DNA of 64,000 nucleotides from Daphnia carinata (Eukaryota). A model generated the notes under the pieces. The model saw only the letters and a program-made list of their open reading frames with translations. It made no database searches and was not told the origin of the DNA. Every line of letters starts with the position of its first letter. The stretch's first letter is position 1. Below, in pieces: positions 38,801-52,617 of this stretch. The position numbers and the translations under genes were made by a program. The stretch is from positions 4,960,001-5,024,000 of the forward strand of contig NC_081332.1 in the NCBI RefSeq assembly GCF_022539665.2, in the 5' to 3' direction.

Positions 38801-41800
38801 CCGTCAGCGGTAAGTGCTCGAATTCTCTCTTTTTTTTTTTACGTTAAAAAAAAAAAAAAGAAAAAGAAAAAAGGAACATCAATTATTTTCAGCCATTGAA
38901 TGAAACAAACAAAATGAGGCCGTTTCATTTTTTTTGACATCACGAATCGCTAAAGATTTGAATGTAATCGTGAGTAGCCACGCCCAGTTTCACGACAAAC
39001 ACGACAAAGATTTTCCCTATCTCGGGGGATGAGCCTTGAAGCGTCCGTTCAACCGGAATTCCTATTGTTCCTTTTTTAAAAGATTTATCTTTTTTTTTTT
39101 CTTCCTTATTTAAAATCCCACGTCCGACAACAACGAAAAGAAAAAGGTGTCGAGTTATTCATCTCGTTCGTCTTCTATAACGGAACCGGTTGTCCGCCCT
39201 GTTTTCAATAGGATTAGCTTTTGATATTAAAAAAAAAAGAAAAAAGCCCCATCCAAAAGATCTCACCCGTCTTCTCAATATAAATCAATTGGAGGGGGGA
39301 GAAGAGAAGGCATTCGGATTAGCATAATAGATTTTCTTCTTTTTCTTGATTATTACCTTTGCCAATAAAGGCCTGGCTCGTATCTCACCGCTCATTTCCC
39401 TATTTATTATAGACCCTTACTGTCTCCTTCTTCTCAGCATTTTTTTTAAAACATAACAAGCCTTAACAAATATGGTCGAGACGAAAAAAACAAAAACAAA
39501 AAACATTTCTCTACCCATTCCGTGACTAAGCAGATACACACACACACACACACACTCTCTCTCTATTCCCCGTGTCACGCCATATTGTTCCTGCCTTTTT
39601 CTAATTTTTTTTTTTCGTGTTCCTTCTTTTTTAGCCCTTGATTGTCGGGGGGGGGGGGGGGGGGAAGAACAAGACACGGAGAGGGACCACAACAGTTGGA
39701 AGGAGGGGAGGGGGGGGGAGGTTCTAGGTCTCTTTCAGCCCTAGAGGGGCTAAAAAAAAAAAAAAAATACAAACTCATTTGCTTGGTTCTTCAAGAAGCA
39801 CCAAGACCCTGAGGTGTAATTATTACGAAAAAAGAAGTTCACTTGTTTTCTCCCCCCCCCCCCTCCTCCATTCTGTTTCACCACTGACACCACAACAATC
39901 ATTAAATGAAGGCCCTCCTTGTATTTCTTTTCTCTTCTTTTCCCGGTAACTCTTCCGTGACAATGAGAGCCAATCAAGAACAAGCTCCACAAACAGGCTT
40001 TTTCTTTATTATGGGACGTGTACTTATTCAACCCGTCAAGAAGAAAAACAAAGAAGTTTTCCCGAGCCATTCCGGGTTGGATGTGATAGAAATCGGGCGT
40101 TAAAAACAAAGCGCCAGATCGTGGCTGAATATAACGTAAAAGAATTTGATGTACAAAAAGGGAATTTTAAAACAAACGAGATATCTTATTTATTTTTATT
40201 TTTCATTCCTTCAACATGTCGGCGGGATGTAAAACTATGTGCGACAAAGAGACAAATATGCAAAAAAAAAAAAAAAAGAGGGATTATCTCCATCTTATTT
40301 TTGTGGGGAGGGGTTACATTCCGGGAAAAAAAAAATGCACAGACTCGCATAACTATGCGTTTTTTTTTTTTCCTAGACGTTTTTAACTCTTTTATGTTAC
40401 GTAGTAATAGACTAGGAAAGAAAAGAAAAAGAAAAAAAAAAAAGCAACAGCTGCCACTGTTCTTTTCAATTTCGTGAGGCACGAACCTCGGGACCGCGAT
40501 GACAAATCGACCCACAGCGTCGTGTGTAGCATCTAACGAGAACATTCCACTCGAAAAAAAAAAAAAAGAACTTTCTCTTTTTAAAACAAAATCTTTGACA
40601 AAAAGAGTTAATGGTATCTAACGTGTAGTACACATTTCTTTTTTTTTTTTTTTCGTTGTTGTTGAATATCTAGCTCGAGAAAACAACTGTCGAATCATCA
40701 AAAAACAAAAAAAAAAGGGACATTTTTTTCTTTTTCGAAATCGTCTATTGTTCTTTTGCTTTAGAGGGGGGACCCCTGACGGTTGGGATCTTGCCTAGAA
40801 ATCTCAAGCACCGTGTACCTCGTTTTTTTTTTTGATAAAATATATCGCTACAACTAAACGGCGCAATATGGTGGTAGTCGTTTTCGTGTGGACTGGTGCT
40901 GCGCGTAGTGGAAGGTATTGATTATATCTCACGCTGTCCAAGCACAAGAAAAAGAGCGCAATGGGGGTGTTGTGTGTGCGGGTGGGTGTCCCTGTTAAAA
41001 ATGCTGAGAAATCAGGCAAGATGAGGAAGAGTACGACCACTGTCGTCATCGACTTTGGGCCATGGTAGTGGTCGTAAAAATGAAAATAGAGAATGTGCTA
41101 GAAGATATAGGATAGGACTTGCTGGCTGTGTGTTGGATAATACCTGACAAAAGCAACAAGGGCCTTCTTTTTTTTCTTTCTTCTTGATCCATCTTTATAA
41201 CCTCCGGCTAGCGTCACACGAAAAGCTCTTTGCCTGTGCCTCGATGCAATTTCAAGCTTAAGTTCGCTCGTTGTTATATAAGACGAAACGAATAGAAGGC
41301 CCAATGAATAGGCTTCTTTCGGGGAACCTTTCACACTCAACATTTTTTTTTTTTTTTTCTTTTTCCGCTTTTTCATTTTTCCGTGTTAATATTATCTACG
41401 GTCCCACCAACTCGTTTGTTAAAAAAAAAAACCAAAAAAAAACACAAGAGCCAAAATAAAAAGAAAATTCTCTTTTTTTTTTTTTTTTTTTTTGAGGTCC
41501 ACCTATACAAATCAAACAAAGAAGGTGAAATGAGACCGCCGCCTCATTGTCAATGACTTAAGACTTTTAATTTGTTTGTGAAGAACACCGACGAGTAGTG
41601 AACTCCTATTGGCGAATGCAGAAAAAAAAAAAAAAAAAATCTGTCCGTCCTACTTTCTGAAATAATATCCCGCGCCTATTACACAGCTCATTAGTCAGCT
41701 AAGATGGAGCTTTGGGGATAGTCATCGTATTTTTTGGTCAACCTCATACAATCTATGAAAGCTTTCTCTCTTGGCAGTTTCATTTTTCGGAGCCCAAAGA

Positions 41801-44800
41801 AGAAAACGGGAAATAATAAAAAAAAAAAAAAAAAATGAAAAAGAATAATAAAAAAAAAAAAAAAAAAACATGCACGTCATCGAGGCCATCCACTCAAACG
41901 CTAATAGCGTCTCTCGCAGCTGGTGAAAATTGGCTATGAGAGGGCACGCGTGTTTCCCCCCTTTTTTTTTTTTAACGAATAATGTCAGTCGATGCACGAT
42001 TTTCTTTTTCGGACTCGAGATGAAGAACGGACAAGTTGCGTGACGCAAAAGTTGTCCAGCTCAGTCTTGGAGATCGTTCGTTTTGCTGGGCACCAGCTAC
42101 CCAAGAGAGAAACTATCCAAAGCGATGATAGCTTCTATGCAAATTACTCTCGCGCCCTTTTTTTTTTTTTTTTTTGAATGATGGATACGAAAGATAAAAA
42201 GAGAAACACATGGTGAAAAAACAAAAACAAAAAAAAAAAGACGTCTCAATTTCTCGCCGTTTCGACTGCACATGTCATTATCAGCTGATAGTCAAGACAA
42301 AAAAAAGGAATTGACGACGTTGGCCAGCGAACCGCGAGAACCACAACATCATCACAACAACAAGAGATTTAAAAAATAAGATTTCAAAAAATGAATTTCC
42401 AAGAAAAAAAAATATGAACAAAACAAAAAATTCTTCATCGTCATTTTCATTGAACTTGTGAACTTTTTCGTCTCAACTTCCGCTGACCTTTTCACCTGAA
42501 AAGAGCCCGAACCGAATGGCTGAGAAAATCGTCGCCGTCCGTTTTTTTCCCTTTCATATCGACGTCGCTGAGTGCTCAATTTTACCGCGCATCCATCCGT
42601 CCATACACACAAACAATTTTTCTTTTTTTTTTTTTTTGCATCATTATTTATCAATTGAGCGTCATCGTCATTTTCCCCTGAAAAAATAATAAGTGGAGAG
42701 AGCGCAGCCCTCGCTTTATGCGTGTGTGACTGTCGATCCGCTAAAGAACATAAGGACGTAATATGTCATAAAAAAAAAAAAAAAAATATAGAGCCAACTC
42801 GAATTTTCGCTGTTCCGCTCTCTGTAACGCGCATTGTGTTTGTTTGCCGTTTTGTTTGGGTAAAGGGCACGACGGTTGCCATGACAACAGCACGCCGTTG
42901 TCTCATTACGATACGCACGGCACGTGTGGTGCGCTTCTGTTTCGATGACACAACAGATGAGTCATTCTAGCACACAATGACGATCGATACGAATGAAATG
43001 TGATTGTTTTTTGCCTGTGAATCATTCCGTTTTTTTTAGTTTTTTTTTTATAACCTAACCTAATCCATCATTTCCTTTTTTGATTTGAAAACGCGCGGCC
43101 AATGCAGATGGCACAAATGTGGTGAGAGCCGAAATGCAACTGTCGGTCCTCCTGGTCACAGACGCGATGCTCTTCAATTCGGTGACGCTCAGACTGGGCG
43201 ACATGGATCAAGAGAGTTTCCTGTCGCAGCCGCTTTACAATTACTTTGTAGACGGCCTGGCCGCCATCATCCCTTGCCCCAAGGAGAACGTCTTTGTCTT
43301 CAACATTCAGGTAAGATGATTGCCCCCTTTTTTTTTTTTTTTACTGTGTTTTTTTTTTCTTCGGCTGTAAAAAGGAAAAAATGGGAACAGAATCCCACCT
43401 CTAAATTTCACTTGTCACGTATCATTCAAACTACAAGCCGCGACGTACACACACACACACACACTTCCTGTTATGTCGATTAGATGATGAAATCGTGCGC
43501 AAGTTTGAGGGGGTTGTAACAACAAAAGGAAAAAGGACTCTTAACCACCGATCGTCACACTCTCGCATTCCTCTCTTTCCGAAAATGTCGTACGTTTCAA
43601 ATCAATCAAATAGGAAGATCGCATATGTTCGCAAATTCGAAAACAAAAAGAGTTTAAGTGACGCGACAAATATTGAAAATAAAAGATAGACAAGAGCGCA
43701 CAAAAAAAAAATAGCCGACCGGTTTATGTTTTTACCGCTAACCGATAAATCACCTTGTGATTAATGGTCAACATAAAAACCAACGAAAAATCAGGAAAAA
43801 AAGAGCACAACAAAACTCGTTTTTTTTTTTTAAAGAGGCAAAGCAAAAAAAAAAAAACAAAAGCCATAACATTTGAAGAGAATTGGCCAATAGAATTTCT
43901 AATGTCGGGAATAAAAAGACAAGACTCCCTCTGGAAAGAGAGTCGTAAAGTTCAAAGTAGCGAATCAAGATGTTTTTGTTTTTAACTTTTCGTTTAGTTT
44001 GGCCCTTTTTTTTTTCTTCTTCTTCTTTATTTTTATTTTATCTTACAACAAAGAAAATCTCTCAATTTCCCATCTCCTCCCATTCGTTCGATTTCTTTCT
44101 GATTTGTTTCTTTTTCTTTCTATTTATTTATCACATGTTTATGCAGAACGATTACGAGGCAGACGGGCGGATACTGAACGTTAGCTTTTCGGCCAAACGT
44201 CCCGACCTACCGGGCGAGGTCCTCTACACGCAGCAGTTCCTCCAGGAACGGGTTTATCTCCGACGCCACGCCCTGACTAAATTAACCACCCTCCAGGTAA
44301 TAATGTTTTTTCTACCACTATAGTAACACGATCGCCAGCACCAAACCCAACAGCATTTCATCAATCAATACGTTAAATTTCGTACCGTTTTCTTTTTTTT
44401 TTTTTTTTTTTTTTTTCTTTCTCAATTTAAAAAAAAAAAAAAAGGTGTTACCATTCGATGACACGTTATGTGTCAGAGAGCCCTGTCTCAATTTCGAAGA
44501 GTGCCTTTCGGTTCTGAAATTCGGCAATGCCTCGGATTTCATCAGCAGTCCGTCTCTACTCTTCCGGCCCATCCATCCAGTCAGCACTTTTGCCTGCAGG
44601 TGTCCAGCTGGATTCACCGGTTAGTCATCCATTTTTTTCTTTTTTAATTCCAAAAAAAAAAAAAGGGGGGAGTTGTTATTGTGTGTCGTCATTATTTTGT
44701 CGCCATCTTTTGGCGTCCAACCAACGGAACAGAAAAAGGAACAAAACAAAAAGGGGAAAAATCTTTACAAGACAAAAAGGTCACGGCCGTCTCGAGACCC

Positions 44801-47800
44801 TTTTAATTGCTCCCCTGCTGTATAATATTCTTTGCTTTTTTTTCAGCGTACCTGACGGTTCATTACCATTCAAGCCCTCGAGGCAAAAGAGTTGGCCGTA
44901 GGTTTCCATCCGCGGTAGACAGAAAAACAAAACAAAACAAAAAAAAAATCGAAGCAAAAATCTTGTTAGCGAAAGCCGAGATCCCCCCCCCCCCTATTAT
45001 TTTGATTAATGTCTGACAGCAGATCATAAAAATCAATTAAATATTACCAAAGCGACCGGTGGAAAGAGAAAAAAAAAGGAAAAACGACAGCTTTAGCCCC
45101 CTTTGTTTTCCATTCGTTATCCCATTCTCTTTCAATATTTTTCGTGCTAAAAACAAAATGTACGCGCTTTGTCTTAATAATCCGGCAAGTTCTCATCATT
45201 AGAAACGATTCTCACGCGTCACAAAACCCAACGTCCAAAAGATGTAACGAACCGTCACAAAAAAAAAAAGAATGAAACTACATCGTCTTTCACCAAATTG
45301 ACATAGATATACTCACAGTCTTGGAAAGAAAATGTGTTAAATCTTTAAAAAAAAAAAAAATTTCACGATATGGATCATTAGGCATGAGGGAACATTACGT
45401 CTGCGACACGGAAGTGAACCTCTGCTACTCGAATCCGTGCCAAAACGGAGGCAGCTGCCAGCGCAAAGAGGGCGGATACACGTGCCTGTGTCGACAGGGA
45501 TTCACTGGAAGCGAATGCCAACTGGATCTGTCGGGCAAAATGGGCGTCGCAGCCGGCGGGGGACGCGGAAGACAACAAGACAAAACGTGCAATGGAAGGA
45601 CTGGCCTTTGCGCACTGACCAACTGCACGGGCCCCGCAAATTTCTACACGCCGCTGACTTGTCACCTGCGCTCACGCAGTTTCTATCGAGGATCTTTCCT
45701 CACATTTCCAGCCTTGAGACAGCGTTATCGTCTCCATCTCAAACTCAGGTATGTCCTCTACGCAACCTTGTTTTAAAAGCGGATGTAGAGGGGATCGATT
45801 GGTCACACACAAACAAATTGGATGTATAAACAAATTTTTCGAAAAAAAAAAAAAAAAAAAAAATGATTATAGCTTCGCCACCAGAGAGAGGAACGGCCTC
45901 TTGTTGTACAACGGGCGATACAACGAGCGTCACGATTTCATCGCCTTGGAATTGATGGACGGCCGCCTTTCATTCTCCTTTTCGCTGGGCGCTAATTTGT
46001 CTCACGTTGTCCTCGAACAGCCTTTCTCATTAGCCGATGGCGATTGGCATACGGTCACTATCGATTACTTCAACAGGGTAAGTCCTTCGGCCAGAACGCA
46101 ACGCACAAAACTCGTGACTAACACGCACACCTTTTCCTTTGTTGTATGTATGGCGGGAATTTTGAATTTTTTTTTTTTAGACGGTGGTGTTAAGTTTAGA
46201 TGACTGTGACACGGCCGTCAGTGTTAAGTACGGCCATAAGTTGGGTAGTAAATGTGCCGCCCAGGTCGTTCATCAACTGGAACCGCGCTGCTCCCAGTTT
46301 ACGGAAACTTGCCACCGGTTCCTGGACTTGACGGCGCCGTTACAACTCGGCGGCCTCCCGTCGGCCTCGTCCGAGTTCCAGGTCCGCAATCGCGACTACG
46401 ACGGCTGCATCAAAGACCTCTACATCGACCACCAGTTCATCGATTTGAGCAGTTTCGTCGCCGACAACGGAACCGTCGCCGGCTGCCAGGAGAAAAAAGA
46501 ATTCTGCTCGTCCAGTCCGTGCCGCAACGGAGGCAAATGCCGCGAGGGTTTCAGCACTTTCCTCTGCGATTGTCCGGATGGCACTGCCGGCAAGGATTGC
46601 TCAGAGAGTAAGTTCCTCTCGGCCTACGAGCCCACTACACCCTGCCCTTTTGAAACGAAGGAGAAATGTCCATATGTTAAAAATTCCTATGCTAAGTCTT
46701 CACGGGGCCTCTTCTTTTTTGTTTCGCTTGTGTGCGCAGCTATTGAAGGGTCGAGGCAATTCCGCGGCGACGGCTATTTGATATTCACGCCAGACGCCAA
46801 GCCCATCGCCTTGCCGTGGTCGGCAGGCTTCGCTTTCCGCACCAGGCAGACGGATTCGTTTTTAATGAAGATAGAAATCGAACCCGCTCATTCGGTACTC
46901 GTTGAGGTAAGAAAACTGTTGGAAATTGGCGGGGTTTTTTTATAACCGTGGCAACGAACGGCGACAACAATAGGGAGATAAAAAAAAAAAAAAATGATGA
47001 CTAACATATATTTTCGATGACGATGCAGACTATTGACGGGAAACTGAGCGTCACTTGGGAATCGGGTCAGTTCACTCTGGCCGATTCCGAGCCGCTTAAT
47101 GACGGCAAATGGCATTGGGCTGAACTCAAATGGATGCAAGGTGAACTCTGGCTCAACACCGACTACGGCCTCTACGAGAAAACCGTGCCCGTCGAGTCGA
47201 AATTGACCGGATTGATGCCGGCCAGGGTCGTTCTCGGTCGATTGGAAACGACCAACACAACCGGATTTATCGGCTGCATCAAAGTAAGTCACTCCACAAA
47301 AGCCCCAATTCAAAAAAAAAAAAAAAAAAAAAAAGCGCAACAAAAACAAAAGAAAACGAGTTTTTTTTTTAGCAAAAAAAAACAAAAATCTAATTAAAAA
47401 TTTTTACAGGATGTCAGAATCGATCAGCAACGCAATTTGTGGCTGAAATCATCGGTCGAGCATCGAGTGAGCGACGGCTGCAGCTCAACAGATTCCTGTA
47501 GCGCCCGCAGCGACATGTGCCCGCAACGAGGCACATGCGCGGACACTTGGAATTCGCACAAATGCGTGTGCGACGTTGGCTTTGTCGGCGCCGATTGCGC
47601 CAACATTTGCGAGTACAACCCGTGCGAGAACAACGCTACTTGTCAAATCGACCGGTCCAGTCGGCGCGGTTACAAATGCGGCTGTCAAGGTGACACGTCG
47701 GGCGATTATTGCGAAGTGGCCTTAGATCAGCCGTGCCCTGCCACCTGGTGGGGATATCCGGTGTGCGGGCCTTGCCGTTGCGATACGGACAAAGGCTACG

Positions 47801-50800
47801 ATCCCAACTGCAACAAAAGCAACGGCCAGTGCGTTTGCCAGGTAATAAAAAAACAAAAAAACAAACAACAACAAATGACCTCCCTTTTGTGTTATTTACC
47901 GTCTCTCTTCTCTCTTTTTTTGTTGGTGAGCACGATTATCACGCTGGCCGCATGTTATTTTTCGTTTAAACACGGGAAAATTTACGAACAAAAAAAGAGA
48001 GATAAAGAGAGGAACGAGTTTTGCATTTGTAATTTTAGTCGACATTTTCACGGGGTGTAATATACGAAATATATTTATAGGAAAATCACTACCAGCCGGT
48101 CAACGAAGAGGAATGTCTGGACTGTAATTGCTACCTGACGGGCTCGTTTGGGTCCAAGTGTGACGCCCTCACCGGTAAGAGAGAACAAATAAGAGAAGCT
48201 TTTAACTCCACCCACCTGTCCAGAAATAGGCAGCATTTTTTTTTTTCAAACCGAGAAAGACGAAAAAATGAGAAAAGCAAATGATTGCCCGCACACACAA
48301 AACACAATCATTTTTAACCGGTTATTACATTCCCCCCCCCCCCCCCTCTATTCTTTTACTACCCCCCGTAGGCCAGTGCAAGTGCCGACCGGGAGTCATT
48401 GGCCGACGCTGCGACTCTTGCCCCAACCTTTTTGCCGAAGTCACGCTCAACGGCTGTGAAGGTAAGAAAAGCCTCTCATCTGTATGCACCTTTATTTTAT
48501 TTTTTTTTCTTCTCTTCCATTTAAAAAAAAAAAAAAAAAAAGAAAAAGAAAACAGCTGTGCCTTTTTTTTTTCTTTCCCGCCGACAAAACGATGGCGGGA
48601 GCAATAACAACAACAATAACAAACCTTTTCGTTATAATAGTAAGCGTCTAAAAATAAAAATAACCCCGCCATTTTGTTGTTCTCTTTTTTACGACGCAGT
48701 GATCTACGACGCTTGCCCTAGGAGTTTCGACTCGGGCATTTGGTTCGACCGCACTCTCTACGGCCTGACCACCGCCAGAGATTGCCCCATCGGATCAATG
48801 GGCCAGGCATACAAAACTTGCGACAAAGAAGTCGGTTGGATGCCCGCTGATTTATTCAATTGCACCACCATCCCGTTCGTTGATTTAAGAGAAATGGTAA
48901 TGACAGTACAAAAAAGCGTATAATATGGCAGAGGGATAATGATAGTCATCGCGACATTAACCGTAAAAAAAAAAACGTCTCAACCCGTCCGCAGTTGCAA
49001 CGATTGGATCAAGGCAGTTTGAACCTCAACCCATTCATTTCCGTGCGACTGGCTCAACAGCTGTTCAAAGCCACGAATCACAGTTCGAAATTGTACGGCA
49101 GTGATATCTTCATTGGCCAACAGCTGTTGGTGAAAATCTTGGAGCACGACACCCACCGTGAAGGTTTCAATCTGACTCATCGGCACGACAAAGATTTCAT
49201 CAGAGTATGTCAAAACTTGCTTTGTTTTTAAAATCGCAAATTTCTCTTTAAAAAATGGGTGACTTATTTATTTATTTTTTTCTGGATTAAATTTCAAAAA
49301 CAAAACAACAAAAACAACAGAATCTGGTGAGCGCCACGAGCGTTTTGTTCCAATTGCAATATGTCGGCCATTGGAGAACGATCGAACGAGTTCACGGATA
49401 CGGAGCAGACGCTCTGGTCATGGCCTTCCAAAATTACGCGGCCAATTTGGCCCGTCAACAAAACAGTACCTACACTCTCCCCTTCGAAGTCGTCACTCCT
49501 AATATGGGTAAATAATTCAAACATTTCAAACACACGCATTTTCTTTTTAAATTTCATATCAATTGAAAAAAAAAAAAAAAAATGGCAGTTTTCGGAATGG
49601 ATGTGTTGAGCACGGAACAAATTATAGGACACGAATCAAAATCGAGCGGACTGGAAAAGATTGTGCTACCGGACACTAGCCGATACCTGGAAGAAGGATC
49701 GGCAGGTGTCAACAAAGAGCGGCCATCGTCAGCCAACGTCATTTTCCCCAAATACAACAATTACGTCAAAAACCCAGTGCTATTCGATCGAACTTCTAAA
49801 TTCTTCACGCCGCTCAGCTTACTCGGCTTCCGGCTACCGTCCAGCCAGAAGACGACGGACCGATCCAACACCGAAACCCAACGATCCGTCGTCAGCTACG
49901 CCATTTACCGGACGGCCGGCGAAATATTGCCCCAAGTGTTCGAAGCGAATTTAAGACAACGTTACGGAGTCGACCTGACCTTGCCATCCACGACGATGGG
50001 ATTGGCCGCGCTGTCAGTTGATGGCAACATCATATCAGATCAACCAGATGGCCCACCGATCAAGTACCGCATTCGAGTCGACTACGTCAACCAGCGCGCC
50101 AATCCGCAATGCGTTCACTGGAAACCAACGGGATCGGGAGGGGCCGGTTCGGCCCTAGTGAAAGGCGCTTGGAGTCGCGAAGGTTGCCGAACCGATTTCC
50201 ACGACCCTTGGTTCTACGACCAGGAAGATTTCCACGTCAATTGCACCTGCTCCAGTTTGGGTCCAGTGGCCGTCGTCATGAACAAGGAAGAGTTTATAAC
50301 AATGGCGAGGGAACCGACACTGGCCGAAGATGTGGTCACTTACATCGGTCTGGTGGCCAGCGTGGTTTTCTTGACGGTGGCGTTCATCTGTCTCAGTTTG
50401 ATCCGCGGCCAGCAGCAGACCAACTCCAATTCGATCCACCGCAATTTCGTCGTCTGCCTCCTTTTGGTTCAGTTGCTCTTCTTGCTGGCTTTGAAACTGC
50501 GGGGAACCGTCCAACACCACGAGGTGAGTGCAAGGGGATGCCTCTTTAAATCGACACACACAAACAAAAACAAAAACCGCTAACACAAAGTAACGCTCTA
50601 ACGATTTTCTTTCTTTTTTTTTCCATCGTCGACTGAACAGTTTGTTTGTAAATTGCTGGCCATGGGTCTCCACTACCTGTGGTTGTGCGTCTTCTCTTGG
50701 CTGATGATCGAGTCTATTCACTTGTACCGAATGTTGACCGAGCTCCGTGACGTCAATCATGGACACATGAGCTTCTATTATTCCATGGGATACGGACTTC

Positions 50801-52617
50801 CGGCCATCATCTTGGGTCTCTCGGTCGGTGTCCGAGCCGACCAGTACGGAAATTATTACTTGTAAGTAAATATCAAAAATTACAGAAAAAAAAAAAAAAA
50901 AAAAAAACGATCGCGCTAGACAACAAAAGCCAAATCATTCGATAACCATATTATTATTACATTTTTTCGTGTTTAATTTTTCAGCTGTTGGTTGTCGGTT
51001 TACGAGTCGGTCATCTGGAGTTTGGTCGGTCCGTGTTGCTTCATGATTTGCTGCACGCTCATCACGTTCGCGCTCGGTTTGAGAGCCGCCTTCACGCTCA
51101 AAGATCACATCGAAGGCTACGGCAATTTGAGAACACTCATCTGGCTCGGACTGGCTTTGCTGCCCGTCACCACTGCCGTCTGGGTCCTGGCCGTCTTATC
51201 GGCCAGCGACGCTTCCGAAATTCTCTTTTACGCATTTTCACTCTGCTCCGTTCTCGAATCCATTTTCATCATGCTGGGCTACTGCCTACTCAACCGACGG
51301 GTTCGTCTCGGCCTACTCCATCTAGCGGGACGCAAAGACACTATAGATCACGATGATCTTCACGGACTTGGACATCAAATAGAAACGCATTCAGTCACGG
51401 CCTCCCGATCGGCTTTGGCTTATCAAAACAATCGCGACACGGCGTCGACTTTACAGCAACGAGAACAAAATCATCAGAGACATTTAGGCATTTCGACGGC
51501 GTCAACAACGTCCCGCTCTACTTGTAAAACGGGCAGCAGCAGCAATTACCGCAGCGCTGATATGCGTAGCGGCGATGTTTCGACGAGTACGGGCAGCCGT
51601 TCGTCATACACGAGTAGGCAAATCGTACACAAATCCCCGTACGCTTACGACAACGATGACGAAAAACCGAAAAAGAGACATGCGTCCGGAGGAGAGAGCG
51701 GAGGCGAATCAGACGGCCAACTGGATTTGGCTTCGAGTCATACGAGTGATGACGACGAAACCGCCACCAACAGAAGTCTTAGCATCAACAGAAATTTAAA
51801 AGGTATCGCTTCAAAAATAAATAAAATCTAATAGAGTATCAGTTTTAGAAAAATAATAATAAATCATTTCAGAACATCGAAAACCAGAATTGCCTTCAAA
51901 ACCAGCCTTCATGCCCAACATTTGCGAAGTGGGTGAACCAATGCCCCAAATTCCATCTCCGACGCCACCCCATAACATGATGATGCCCATGTCAAACAGC
52001 AACATACGACCTCTCTATTCGCCTGCCTGGTCTAGCCAATTGCCACCACCCGCTTATCCTCTATCGGTAAGCGTCAATCAATCAATCATCGAATAAAAAA
52101 AGACAGGGCGGATTGATTGAGTGATTTAATCTCAAAATATTAGATGTCTTACTCGCCGGCCGGCCGCTGGGCTTCGGAGAGGATGTCCAGCGCCACACCC
52201 TCAGAGAACGAGCAAGCTAGCCCAAACCCGGGCTACGCCAAATCGTCTACCCATTTCATCACACCTCTGGGAATGCCACGTAATTACGACGATGAAGATT
52301 ATGAGGATTACGAGCATCATGAACGGAATCCCGCTGGATTCCAACCAGGTAAATAAAATAAAAAATATGGCAGATCTAATTACTGGACTATACACAAAGA
52401 CTTATTTCGTCCTCCTTTGCAATCGCAATTGTTTTCTTTTATTACAGTAGACAACGATGCTCAACGAACAGACGGATTCTCTTTGGACGGTCGAGACATT
52501 GGCGGTTCCGTCACGAACAATTTGAATTTCGCATCGACCGCCGCAGGCACTACACCTGAGAGAAAACTCCTGACTCCTGTAGCCACTCTGGAAATGACCG
52601 ACTCGGAGTATGTCTAA
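29422..52617 (+). CDS. stan: Flamingo / starry night (CELSR) cadherin EGF LAG seven-pass adhesion GPCR, 25 coding exons, about 3131 aa
   Basis: Exons: 29422-31022, 33290-33794, 34824-35265, 35620-36632, 38677-38809, 43108-43310, 44147-44296, 44445-44619, 45382-45748, 45873-46077, 46181-46607, 46740-46906, 47029-47283, 47410-47841, 48081-48174, 48372-48461, 48700-48896, 48995-49204, 49321-49507, 49589-50523, 50641-50861, 50985-51802, 51873-52066, 52144-52348, 52448-52617; all GT-AG and phase consistent (9396 nt). Domains: signal peptide, prodomain ending in RQRR, nine cadherin repeats (DxNDxxPxF linkers, LDRE/LDYE), Flamingo box (VLPFDDTLCVREPC), EGF repeats, two laminin-G, laminin-EGF, hormone-receptor domain, GAIN/GPS, 7TM, and a tail containing LDLASSHTSDDDE. 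Confidence 0.97.
31892..31942 (+). repeat. Poly(A) homopolymer of about 51 nt in flamingo intron 1, one of very many A/T tracts in the window
   Basis: Directly visible run. Exact homopolymer lengths can be unreliable in assemblies. Confidence 0.85.

Noticed and set aside
30049..50766. Antisense and alternative-frame ORFs over flamingo exons (e.g. 30469-30945, 35993-36409, 50155-50766)
   Set aside because: Shadow ORFs expected from GC3-rich coding sequence.
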